Assembly: GCA_010093705.1 (NCBI GenBank)
Contig: MU006089.1
Span: 3,436,061 to 3,500,060 of the forward strand
Direction of reading: 5' to 3'
From: Patellaria atrata CBS 101060
Lineage: Eukaryota
DNA length: 64,000 bases
Both the position numbers and the translations under genes were made by a program. How positions within the stretch are numbered: the first letter of the stretch is position 1; the number at the start of each line of letters is the position of its first letter. The notes under the pieces are model-generated. The model saw only the letters and a program-made list of their open reading frames with translations, did not search any database and had not been told where the DNA came from. Positions 49,411 to 61,854 of this stretch are shown one piece after another.

Positions 49411-51215
49411 ATGCCTCACGCAACTGGCCCTTCTGCTGGTTTTCAGGCTATAATTCTTTGTGGTCCTGGAGTCTCGCTCACAACGTTTACGTCAAATCCT
49501 AAAGATTTCCCTAAAGCCCTGATTCCTATTGCGAATCGGCCGATGGTATGGTATCCTTTGGAATGGTGTTATCGCATGGGAGTAACAGGTAGAGAGATCA
49601 ACTACCAGTTCTAATGTGTATATAATTGACGATAATCCTCCCAGATATAACCCTTATCACACCGCCGGAATCAGAAGCTGCTCTTGAAGCTGCTCTATCG
49701 CAGAACCCCCACCTGACCTCTCTTCCGACACCGAAACCTGATATCCTCGCGCCAAAAGACCTTACACAAACTACGAGTACTGGAGAGATATTCAGATTCC
49801 CGGAAGTTCGAGAGGCTATTACTGGAGACTTCATCGTACTTCCATGCGATCTAGTTTGCGAATTGAACGGTGCATTGCTTGCCGAGACATGGTTGATCAA
49901 TCAAGCGGCCTTTGGAGGTTCAGCAGCACATATAAATGATACTCGGATATTGCAGACAAGTAATGGAGGTGAGAAGAATGGTCGAAGAGGTGGCTTGGGC
50001 GTCTGGTTTCAGACAAAGTGCGAGACTAGTGTTAAGGGGGAGGAGACGGATTTCATAATAACAGCTCCACTACAGAAACCGGTAGTACCGCCTCCAGTGG
50101 GCTCTTTAATACCTGAAATCTCTAACTTGGTCTATTCTGTCCCAACGGATACACTCAAGGATATCATAGAAGCAGAGAAGAGCTTCCCCATCCGGCATGC
50201 GCTTTTAAGGAAACATGCCAAAATAAAGATGTATACTACTTATAGAGATTCTCATCTATATTTCTTCCCACACTGGGTCCTAGATATGATCGCTAAGAAC
50301 GAGAAGTTTGATAGCGTTAGTGAAGATGTATTAGGCTGGTGGGCAAAAGCGGGTTGGCAAGATGGGCTGGCGGACAAACTTGGCCTTAATGAAATCCTTG
50401 ATAATACCGGTGATGATGGCGGGGAAGATGCCATGGTCAGTAGCGGCATACTTGAGGACACCGTCGACGTTGCGAGTCTGAGTACCACACAAGCATCAAC
50501 CGAACCATCGCGTACCTTCGCGTCAAGAGTTAGCTCAATAGCATCAGACTTATCTGTACCCTCAATTTTGGCTTATGTGCAACCATCAAGTCCAACACTA
50601 CCTCTGATTAGACGAGTGGACACTGTGCCTCTACTCCTCTCAGTCTCGCTCCGTCTAGCTAAGCTTTCATCAATAGCAGACGCGGGTAAAGAAGCATCCC
50701 CGTTCGCACACACTACCAAAATCGCACATCCGGAGGCTGTTCCGCGCCGTTGTAGAGTCGAAACTCAGGATTCACTACTAGCCGAGAACGTCACGGTCGA
50801 AGAGAAAGTAAATATCAAAGAGTCCGTGATAGGGGCCAACTGCAAGATTGGTGAAGGTGCTAGACTTCTACGATGTCTGTTGATGGAGGGTGCAGTTGTG
50901 GGAGAGAACGTTCAACTTACCGGTTGCGTGTTAGGAAGGAGATGTCATATCGTCGGTGGACCTGCGAAAGGTGATGAGAAGACGAATTTGAAGGATTGTG
51001 AGGTCCAGGAAGGTTTCCATGTTGAGTGGGGTAGTAAGTGTCGACCTACTTCCTTTTTCTGATGAAGCAATTGACTAAAACTCTCTTTAGCCGATTCTAA
51101 GAACGAGAAGTTCATGGCTTTCGAAGGTCTTAGCGACGAGGAGGGTGATGCATGCGGCTTCGGTGATGAAACCATTGAGGCTCCCATGGACGAGAATGGC
51201 GATTCTCTGCGATGA
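49411..51215 (+). CDS. GCD1: Translation initiation factor eIF2B gamma subunit
   Basis: FQAIILCGPG...PKALIPIANRPMVWYPLEW NTP-transferase-like domain, DFIVLPCDL, C-terminal left-handed beta-helix (ESVIGANCKIG); introns 49589-49644 and 51034-51090. Confidence 0.93.
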
Positions 51216-52243
51216 TGCCACGCGATAGGTCTGCAACTTGCTCTCCGGCCAAGGCTGCTCGCAATAGTCTTTTCGAAGGTACTCTAGATTTAATCACCAG
51301 AAGTGCGCAAGTCATCCAAACCTCAACCGAATCAAGTCGCGGAGATTCCGAATCCGTGAACCGTGAAGAAACGTTGGACTTATCCTCGTTATGCGTAACC
51401 CTGCCAGTACACCGGGTCACCATTAAGATTACTTACAGTCAAGAGCGACTGATTCATTATCCGTACATCGAGTTAACTAGGGAAGGGAGTAAGCACGCAT
51501 GGACGAGGTTCAAGATGATGTGAGTCATGTAATCCATTCTTCTGCAAATATAGACAGCCGTCTGGTCTCTTTAGTGTATCTTGAGCATAGCCTAGGACGA
51601 CCTTAGTAGAGTCAGAAACCGACATTGTGATGAGTGAGAGGTGGAAGGAGTCAGAGTCAGCAAATACAATCATAAGGACTACAAAGTCTGATCCGCATCT
51701 GATCTTAAATGAGGCGTGAGATCCTCTCTCCTTGACCCAGTATGGAGTTTGGAGTACTCATCATTCGTAATAGAGCTACAGTGTATTTGTAAAATGAAAG
51801 CATGTGCTCTAGAAGTGATCGGAATACATTCATAGATTGGTTACTAAAGATATGTAGTTCTTACCTAGTCGTGATATTGTTGAGATGTTCTTTCTCTGGA
51901 GTTCAAAGTGCTCCAACATGAAATCAGCGCCAAGAATCATACGGTACCAACCCCAAGTTCTACAACATTATCATCATTGAACCCCACGGTGTTGAATTGC
52001 GAATCTATCCATCCACTTCTAAACTTACATATTCAGCTAGATATACTCACTTGCTTGGAGACTAAGAGTCGATTGCCGCGTGACCAGCTTCCTCCACCGA
52101 GACAAAGAATATCACGACCGACATGTCCATCAACCAACAGGGGAACGACCAACGTTAACCCATCTCTTAATCTGCGCGCTATTGTTACGAAGCGCAATAT
52201 CTCTAAATACTCCGCAAAGGTCTTGTAAGCAAGCGGTTCTGTG

Positions 52244-55200
52244 ATGTCCACCGCTGTTACAACGCGACCACCGCAAGTTCTCCGAAATCGCCGCGCCGAC
52301 CAACGACCTGGTGGAGGAAGAGCTGGCGGCAGAGGGTTAACTCAGGATGGCGACCTACAGAATAGGAAGTTGATCGAGCCGTATGGTATGTGCTGTCTAA
52401 GAATCGATCTCTCTATATCTATCATCTAGCGCCTCATGCTAACATGTTTACTTCCCTCTAGTCAAGGATACAGGTTTCATACTCCAGAAGTTCAAGGGGA
52501 AGCCTCCCTCCCTGATCATACATCTTCACCCGACACACTTCCGTTTAGAGCAACAAGATGGCAGCTTTGGGTACAACTCCCCGATGCGAGCGTTGTTGGA
52601 ACATGTTAGGGCTCAGACAGTACCCCACGACATGTTAGAGGAGCTCTTCCAGGCTGGAGTTCCTTTCTATGACGGTGAGATTCAATAATAAAACTTCTCT
52701 TCATTTTTCTGACTAGTTCAATAGGATGCCTCATTGTCCAAGTGCACGATCACAAGTCTGCACCAACCCCAGCGCAAGATGGCTCCTCAACCGCTGACGG
52801 CCAGAGCAAATTTAAATCCTACTCCATCCACAAGTATAACTCATTCATAACTCCATCTCCTCATCCCGATGCCCAGAAACCGAAGCTGCAGAATGCGACC
52901 GATGCGACGGCGAATAAAGAAAATGCTCCAGCTCAAGAAAACACTTTAGCGGACAAGAACACGGCCAAAACCAGTGATAAAGAGAATATGCCAGCCCCAG
53001 GTCAACCCGCAAGTCAGACTCATAAGAAGGCACCTACCGGTCCAAGGATTACCACCACCGTACTCTTTTCCACCCCGCAGTCACAGTATGCCGAAATCAT
53101 GATATTGGCAAATACTCTAGTTCCTGAAAGACCCAGCAAGAGACAAATGAGTAGGGATGGTGCAACTCCAACAATGCCTCATCCTCCCACACCTCTGGCC
53201 TCAGTTCCATCGACTCCGCTTACAAACAAATCACATCCTAACAAGAAGCAGAAAATGTATCTAGACGATAGCAATGTCCAGGAATTTGAGTCTCAGGTTA
53301 TTATGAGTACTGCGGCTCCTTTATATCTTGAGCCAGTCTCAAGTTTCGAAGAGCAGGTCGCCATAATGGAAGCTTTGGCTCATCCATTACATCAAAACAA
53401 ACCACCGGCACCCAAGACCAGGAAACGAACGACGGCAGAGTTGGCGGCAGACGAAGCCCAAGCTGCAGAGGAGGAGAGATTCATGCTTTTCTGTGACGAA
53501 CGACTTGCTCCGTCTGCTGCTGGTGCTGCAGGCGTTGGCGCTTCATCTGTTGAAGGACAAGGTGGAGCAGCGAGTTTCGAACCTCGCTTCTCCAGGTTCA
53601 AAACACTAGAAGATATTAAGATGCGTCATGCTGAAATGGAGGCGCAGAAGAAGGAAGAGGAAGCCCGTGCAGCTCAAGTGAAGAGGCAACAACAGGCTGA
53701 GATGGACGCAATGAGGAAACGGCAAGAAACAGAACGAATTGCTAGAGAGCGTATGATGGCCCAGCAACAGGCTAATAGTCAGCAAGAACAAGCACAAGAG
53801 GCTATGCACAGACAAGCGATAATGCAACAACAGCAACAAGCTATGGCTCGGAATGCTGCTGCTGCTCAGGCCGCTGCTGCGGCGCATGGGCATCCTCAAC
53901 AGCAGAATGTCATGCAAAATCCGCAGCATCAGCAGCTTCAACAGGTCTCTCAAGGCCAACAATCGTCCCCTATCGTTCGAAACCGTACACCCATGGCGTC
54001 ATCGCCTATTATCAACGGTAATGTTGTGGGTGGTGTTCCAATGACGGCAACTTCGTCTAGTCAGGCACATGGAAGTCCACCACGACCGACATCTTCTATT
54101 TCCCACCATCCAGGAGGAATGGCTCGACAGATGAGCCAGCAACAAAATCAACAAGGACCTAGCCGAAACGGGACTCCCACTGTCGTCCAGGGAACCCCAC
54201 AGATGGGCCAGAGTATTCCCGTAACGCGACACATGACCCCGCAACCTTCACGAAACAACATCACCACTCAAGGAAGTCCTATTCTAGGTACTCCGCAAAA
54301 CCTAAATATAATGGCCACACCTCAAATCAACAATCAAATGCAACTCACACCTCAGCAACGAATGCAATTACAAATGCGACAACAGCAACAATTCGCCCAG
54401 TTACACGCCATGGCTCAAAGCGGTCAGCAACTCACGCCGGAACAACAGCAGCAGTATCAGATGATGCGTGCAGCCCAAATCCAACGCCAGCAGCTTGCAC
54501 AACAGCAACAGCAGGCACAGCTGAACCAATCCAACCAGGCAAACGGTCAGGCGAACCCCTCACAGTATACTGCCCAAATGCACGCCCAAATGCAAGCACA
54601 ATTGAGCCGTTCCCAAAGTCATCAGAATTCCCAATCTCCCCAAGGTGTCCAAGGACAACAAAATCATATGCAGAACGGTGGTATGATGGGTATGGGACAA
54701 CAGCAACAGCCAACGGGCCTCACCTTCCAGCAACAAGTTCAGCACCTAAGGAACCGCAAGAACCTTCTCGAGCTCCAGATATACATGCTAGCCAACAACG
54801 GAAGCATTCCCCCGAACCTCCAACATCAGCTGCAGAGTGGAACCATGGCGCCGCAGATGCAACACCAAGTCTCGCTTCTGGTAAAGGCGCAGCGTAGCGG
54901 CCAGATGCAGTCAGATGCCGGCACCATCCAGCAGAATCTGGCTCTGGTGAACCAGCAGTTTCAACGACTCCAGCAGCAACAGCAGCAGGCGCAACTTCAG
55001 GCGCAGCAACAGGGTCAGCAGCAGGGCCAACAACAGCAGGGCCAGCAGCAGCAACCGGGTCAGCCCAATTCGCAGGTTCAGGAACAGTATATGCGCAACC
55101 TCCACATCTCTCAGATGCGTCAAAAGCAACAGATGCTTGCCATGCAACAGGCCGCGGGCCGCGGGGGACAGAACATCGGCATGGGCAACGCTATGGGCAT

Positions 55201-55396
55201 GGGCATGGGCAATATGGGAATGGGGAATGTGGGCATGGGACTGCAGGGTATGAGCGCGCAGCAGGTGCAACAGATGCAGCAGATGCAGAACTTGGGCATG
55301 GGCAATATGAACGGTATGGGAAATATGAACAACATGGTTATGGGTGGAGGTATGGGCATGGGAAGGGGCATGGGTGGTGGCGCTATGGGAAACTAA
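52244..55396 (+). CDS. SPT20: SAGA complex subunit Spt20
   Basis: PPSLIIHLHPTHFR...PHDMLEEL...PFYD|GCLIVQVHDHK Spt20 domain across introns about 52386-52461 and 52675-52723; Gln-rich C-terminus. Confidence 0.9.
54970..55393 (+). repeat. Coding low-complexity repeats: poly-Gln (CAG/CAA) and Gly-Met/Asn-Met (GGCATG) tracts in SPT20
   Basis: QQQQQQAQLQAQQQGQQQGQQQQGQQQQ and MGMGMGNMGMGNVGMG visible in the sequence. Confidence 0.85.
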
Positions 55397-55938
55397 TCGG
55401 TAGGTTGATTGCATGAAATTGGAGTTTGACATGCTTATGATGGCGTGGGCTACAACGTTATCCGTTACGGCATCGATACTCTTTGCTCAAGGTTTGCGCA
55501 AGTTCCTTAGGTGGAAAATTTGGTCTTCTGGGAGGTTCTATGATACTGAAGCGATGCGTTTGATTTTGCTTTCTCCATACTTAGCGATGAGGACTGTATA
55601 GTATATAATCTGTCTACAATCCACATGAAGGACGTTAATCAATCCATTATTTACATTCCTCTTCGCCACATCTTCTAATTCCGAATACTCTATTCGTATC
55701 ATGTCCAGCTTGTGTTATCAGTACACATCCTCAATACCTTATGTAAAGGAAAAAAAAAAAAGAAATCAACGCCCACAATGAGGTCGGATATGATAGTCAA
55801 ATTTTGCTGCGTAGACACATCGGAAATGGTCTATTCAGCACAATCACGGTGGTAAAGAATTTTTGACTTTGTAAACATCTTTTTCATATTACAATAACTA
55901 TTGAATTTCCCTGACAAATAGACCTTTTATCAGATCAG

Positions 55939-58900
55939 CTAAAAAGCAAACCTTGTCCTGATATCTTGCACCTTCCTCTCCACCTCACGAACCGTCCTAT
56001 CCATCTCCGCTGCAACCCTCTCCTTCGTTCCACGATCTAATACGAGAAACCGTTCGCACAGATCACCATCAATGACGCCCTTAACTGGTACATAATACGA
56101 ACGGTATGCCAGATGATCCCTCCCCGCGAGCGGCGCATCGTCAGCCCTCAGATGCATCTCGAGCGATTGGAAGAAATCGACATCTTCGCGACTGAGGAAG
56201 GGAACTAGTACGCCGATTGTGCCCTGGATTCCGGCCCAGATGATGACGTCTTTGCCACCAGCTACCAAGGGCGCCTTTTGGAGCGCAACCGGGACATCCT
56301 GGACGTAGAAGTGAATCATGAGATCTAGTCTGTTCGGAGTACCGTTCAGATAGCCTTTCTCGTGAAGCAGATGGAGACCACCACCTTCTTCATCTGAGGA
56401 CTCGGAAACAGCCTGTGGACATCTGACAAGCCAGAGGTTTCCGAACTTGTCGCCGCCTGCTGTGGTTTGGTAATCTACCATAGTAGTGCATGTGGTATGC
56501 CGAGATACGACATCGTCCACGAAGGGAATGAGACGGGTTTCCTGGTGTTTGTAGACGACATAAGTCACGCTTTCACGTACGTCAGAGCACACGATCCGCG
56601 ACCCCTGGGTCTGCAGTCCAACCAGAAGAGATGGAACAACACTGGCTTTGGCTTTCCGGAGTAGCTGTTTCAGACCGAGATCGAAGATGTGCAGTTCCTT
56701 TCCTAATCCTACAAGTAAACGCCCCTGAAACCCAAGCAAGGCGAGAGGCGGTTGATCCATCTTAGTCTTATGGATCAATTCGAGTTCTTTCCCATTTTCA
56801 AGGAAGCGATAAATGTGAATGAAGCCACATGTGGAACTGAGAGGGGCACCTGGCTGCAGAACCATATCCTTTCCGGTACCAACGACAAGGAAACGCTCAT
56901 CATCCTGACTGGCAAATGGGGCGATTGAAATGCTGACAGCTGCTTCGTTTTCTGCAAGCTCGACTGTATACAAGACTTCCTTTTCTGAAACGGGATCCAC
57001 AACCTGGATACAAGAAGACCAGTGCTTCTCGCCCTTGGGGTAGCCAAAATCTTCCGGTGGTAATACCGCGGCATCACCATTGACGACGCTTGGGTCATTC
57101 TGTAGTTGTTCTCGGAGATGTGGTGGTAACACGTTATTCTCCGTTTCTATAACGTAGAACAAAGAGTAGTCTTGATGTAGTACAAATTTTCGAGGGGTAT
57201 ATCTGAGAGTAACTGATTCTGAAAGTAGATTTTCGGCTAAATCATCAATTGTAAAGATTCTAATATCGTATATGGTTAGTTCTGAGTTTTCTTTACTAAT
57301 ATCATAAGAAAATGAGATGGGAGTGTGCATCAGAAGGAACAATTGGAATTATGTTGTCTCCTCATTGTCCGAAGACATTGGTTTTCAACAACGAAAAAAT
57401 CATCATGCGAAAATAACCAGAACAAAGTAGGAGAGAAACATACCGTAGATTCTTGCCCTGAATACCAACTATACCCTCAGGACATTGCTCGTTAGTAAAG
57501 TTCCATCCCCATTCAAGGCCGCCATAATTTAGTGGAGTCAGTGTGAAAGCCTGGGTCTGGGAATCAGAATACCCTAACCATGCACGTGTACTCAAAGCTA
57601 GGATAGACGGTCGTTCCTTGACCATAACCCGGAACAGTTTGGCAGGTTTAGCACCCAAGAAGCGGGTACGAGTATCTGAAAGATCGCCAGTCACTTCATC
57701 TATAACTGTACGGAGATAAACACCAGAAAATAAGCCGATATGAAGATATAAAGAGGAACCGCCGGAAGAGGAATCCGGCATCGCCATAATATTGAGTGCT
57801 GAGGGCGGCGATGTCAAGGCCTGGACGGACTTACTTTCCAAACAAGTGTCGGGAGCTACACTCATTATACGGACAGTGGAATCATCGCACCCAACAGCCA
57901 AGAAGTTGGTTCGAAGACGGCCTGGGGGAAGCTCTCCTAGACTCAAAGCCGTGACGCCGCCGCTCATTTGCCGCTTCTCGTCGTATTCCGCTAGTGTGTT
58001 ATCAGAATCTGCTTCGAAATATACAAGTTCACCCGAACTGAGCGCAATAGCAACTTGTCGTTGATTTGAGGTAGCTGCAACGATACTACGGTGTTGAGGA
58101 GAAGGCCACTCCTTGATCTCGCCATTTGCTAAAATCTGTCGGATGCCCTTCGGGTATACTTGGATGAGCGTATCTTCACCAAATTGTTGGACAGCTAGAG
58201 TTGGCGTTGATGTTAGAAACCCCGTATCAGATGCTTCTTCAACTGTCTCTCCTACACTCAGGACTAATGTACCAGTTGCGAAAGACAGGATAATATATGC
58301 ATCGGAAGTGTCGTTAGCAGTGCGCTTGATCGTCCATACTGCCGTTGGTTTAGCCGGGAGTTCAGATTCCACGATTTCTGAAACTTCAAGTCCATGGCGT
58401 AGCGTCTTCAAGGCTCCATGCGCGCCAGTGCCAGACAATGTATAGATCTGGTTGGCATCGTCGTTAGTAAGATTTGCGACCTTGCAGTCTGTGATCGGAT
58501 TCATACAAGGAATGCCGACGGAACGGGACATGTTTTCTAGCGGACGCGGATGGAAATAAGGAGCCTCATAAGGAGCTGTGGTGTCTGCTGGATAATCATC
58601 GCTGGTGAAGACCATTTCGTTATCGTCATCCCCTAACTTTTCGAACTGGTAGAAATATTGATCTCCATTTTCGGTAGCGACGTAGAGAAAACCGCTCTTC
58701 AGGATACACAGGTTCGTTGCAGGGGGTACTGTATCAAAGTATTTGATGTTGAGTCTCTCCACCTCTCCAGTCTTATTGTCATTGTCATCCGAAGCAAGCT
58801 CAAGAGTGACCTTGAATATATCACCATCTTCAGATTGAAGGAGGAAAAAAAATGCGCCTGCGCCACGCATCTTGTGCATAACACCGCAGATGATGTATCG

Positions 58901-59923
58901 CCTTCGAGACGGATCCTCTGTGGCACCTCTTCTCCGTGGTATTGGTACTCTAAATGCGTCTTGATTTGAGTGTCTGTAGGTGATACTCTCCTGACCACAT
59001 ACTAGTACTCCACTTGGTCCATCAGTGCCACCCGGGACTTGGAAGAGCAAGTTGGCTGTTCGATCCACAGCATCGCTCCATTTCCGTACTACATGATTTA
59101 ATCCGAGATCTAATTCGTAATAGACAAGCTGCTTTTCAATATCTCGATAAGCTTGACCAGTGTAATCTTGGTCAGATTCAGTGTAGTCTACTTCGAGGGC
59201 TGCCCATGCTGGATTTTCATAGCCGGTATCTAAGGCGGCTAATGCGAATACAAGAGCACCAGGTTTATGCGCCTCCAGTGGCGAGGATATGCGCACCTCC
59301 TTCTGACCATCCCTGTTTAGCACATAGACCAGTTTGTTCTTCTCGACGGAAGCGAGCATACAGGCTCTCCCTTTTGGATCCGATGCAAGGTATTCTCCTG
59401 GTATAACTCGACGAACTCCAGATTTGCCGTATGTTTCCATACCTATTCTGTTCAACTTGAGCTTTTCGGGGTCGTACTCGAGAAGTGCTATCCGTCCGGA
59501 GTCGGATGAGACTATGATAAAGTCTATTTTCTATCAGCACAGATTCATGAAATTTCCATAATCAGTTCCCAATTTCCACTAGGGGATGCAGCGGGAGTAA
59601 CAGGCGGAACGTCGTGCTGTCGGACATGCTTCATGAATCACTAAATGAAACTATAATACATTGCGCGGTTTGAACATACCTTTGGTGCTACCAGCAATCC
59701 TAAACGGAGATATGGACCTGATGATACCGAATACATTGTGTGTTAAGATGGTGGTAATTTTCCCGCTCGAAGGGTCGAGTCGAAATAGTTTTAGTATCGA
59801 GCCAGTCGCAGAAAGAAGCTGCTGTTCCTTCGTCCCAGCAAACTGACCAAGAATAGTTATTGTAGAAGATGAAGGAGGTTGCAGCGTCAACGAGTACATA
59901 AACATATTAGACGTCGTCGCCAT
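55939..59923 (-). CDS. RSE1: Pre-mRNA splicing factor Rse1 (SF3B3/SAP130)
   Basis: [69 protein letters not shown]; introns 59524-59679 and 57260-57443. Confidence 0.97.
57326..57410 (-). ncRNA. Intronic box C/D snoRNA (snR41/U62-type 18S guide) in RSE1 intron 2
   Basis: Box C ATGATGA (57406-57400), box D CTGA (57333-57330), short GCA/TGC terminal stem, C'-like ATGAGGA, and a 13-nt guide TCCAATTGTTCCT antisense to the conserved 18S AGGAACAAUUGGA. Confidence 0.85.
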
Positions 59924-60275
59924 GATGGGTAGGTCTATGGCCTTTAGGGCCTGTCAGTTATTCTATGAAGGTCCTCTTGCGACCGGCGGCCGCTCAGAAA
60001 TCGAATTGCGTCAAGCAATGGAGGTTCAGGTGATATGGGGGGCACAAAGGAGCGCGTCGAGGTAGAGTAGGAGGAAAGGCGTTGGGAGAAGCCAGTAGTT
60101 GTGTGGTTATAGTTATGTTGTTGGAGAATTTCTGATGCTCGGGAGAAGCTTCAGAGAGCAAGACGCCTTGGCAAAAGTACTGTATAGGAACACCAACGAG
60201 TTTCACTACATTAACGCAAAACATCTACTTTCAGGCATCACCAGCTTGATTAAGGGGGATTTCGATTGCAGCAGT

Positions 60276-61854
60276 ATGCGGCCATCTTATACCTGCCAGA
60301 GATGCTTAACATCTCTTAGGAAAGGTTTAGGAACGAAGCCCAATCCAGTGTCCTATACTCCAGTCACCGCAAGAAGATGGATGTCGGCGCCAGTCAATTC
60401 GGTATCGAGCACAAAAACATCTGATACCCATCCCACTGGAGGACGATCAGTCTCATCGGCGGTCCAAGGGAGGTCAACAGCTTATCCTTCATCTCACATA
60501 CATGCATCTGGCCATGCTCTACCTCACGATCGTGAACATCGAATTCTGGAATCGAATAACTTGTTTCACTCATGGTCGAACTCACCCATTCCCAAAATCC
60601 GACAACGCGCCGCATTCACGAAGCAGTATGCGCACTGCCCACACCCTAGCCATCAAGCAACCCGCACCGCCATCAATCCTGATGATCCCGAATTACGAAA
60701 GCCCAAAACCGGTGGTCAAGCACCAGCACACGTAAAATATGAGTGTCCAGACTGTGGTATACCTGTTTATTGCTGCGAGGAACACTATATGGATGACTAC
60801 GAAGCACACTTGGAGATTTGCGACACCTTGAGGGAGATAAATGAAGATGACCACGATCTCTCATCCGGTCGCTTCTTCCCCGAGTTCACATATCCGCCCA
60901 GGAACATGGAAGAGCAATTGGTAAACTTTACTAATTGGGATACGCTCCTCTATTCTCGAGAGTTCGCAGCTATAAATCAGGAACGGAGCTTGAGGCAGGC
61001 AACACGACTCCTAACCTATCCGCTTACCATTGGAAGCGTTCTACACGAGTTAAGTCCCTACAATATCCGTCGTGGCGGTCGTCTGACCGTGGAAGGTTTG
61101 AAGAGTTTGAGTGGTGCGTGATAATCGTCCGCTGTTTGATCGAATCTCAACTAATTACTTAGCCCTACGGTACACTGTTCATCCACCACGTACAGGTGCA
61201 GGGAAGGACATTAAAGGCCTACGGATGAATCCACCCCCTGTGCGGATATTTATTCTCGGCGCCCGTGCCGAGTCTTCACTCCCACGCGACGTCTGGGTCC
61301 AGCTAACCCACCTGTTCCATCGGGTGCAATTCCATCTCATCTTCATCGGCCCTGAATCCATGATGAATCGAGACGCCGAATTTCCCCTTCCGGAACGCAC
61401 TCCTTTAAATCCTTTCGGTGCCGTAGTGGAAGATCGGATAGATCCACAGCTGAAAATCAGCACGTTCGTAGAGTACTACCACACATTACATAAAGCAAAC
61501 CTATTTTATCCCTACGATCCATATTTTGACTGTTTCGTGTTGTTCCATCCTGGACTTGGACATCCCGCATCTTCTCATGAATGGGAAGAGACGCTTCCTC
61601 TACTCCTTGAGACTAAAGTCCCGATTATTGCAACTGGTTATACGGAATGGGATATGCATCGTGACCTAAACTGGGTAAAGGAGAAGGTGGGCGGAGAGGT
61701 GGATCTACTGCTTGAACCTGGAGAAAATATTTTTAGGAGTTTGAGATGGGACCTCAACGATTTGGATCCACAAGATATCAGTTGCGGAAACTGGGGATTG
61801 TGGGCCTTTAGAGGAAAGAGATACGAGGCGACACAAAAGGAGAGTGAACAATGA
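60276..61854 (+). CDS. MSS51: Mitochondrial COX1 translational activator Mss51
   Basis: NNLFHSWSNSP, YECPDCGIPVYC...H...C zinc finger, EDDHDL, RIFILGARAESSLP, FHPGLGHP, LEPGENIFRS; intron 61114-61162. Confidence 0.95.

Noticed and set aside
1..57410. Co-occurrence of NOP1, a SNU13 copy and a box C/D snoRNA as a 'snoRNP cluster'
   Set aside because: They are 23-57 kb apart with many unrelated genes between them, and the SNU13 copy looks degenerate. Coincidence is the simplest reading.
60099..60275. N-terminal extension of the MSS51 ORF from an upstream non-ATG codon
   Set aside because: ATG 60276 gives a typical mitochondrial presequence; the extension lies in the shared promoter/UTR.
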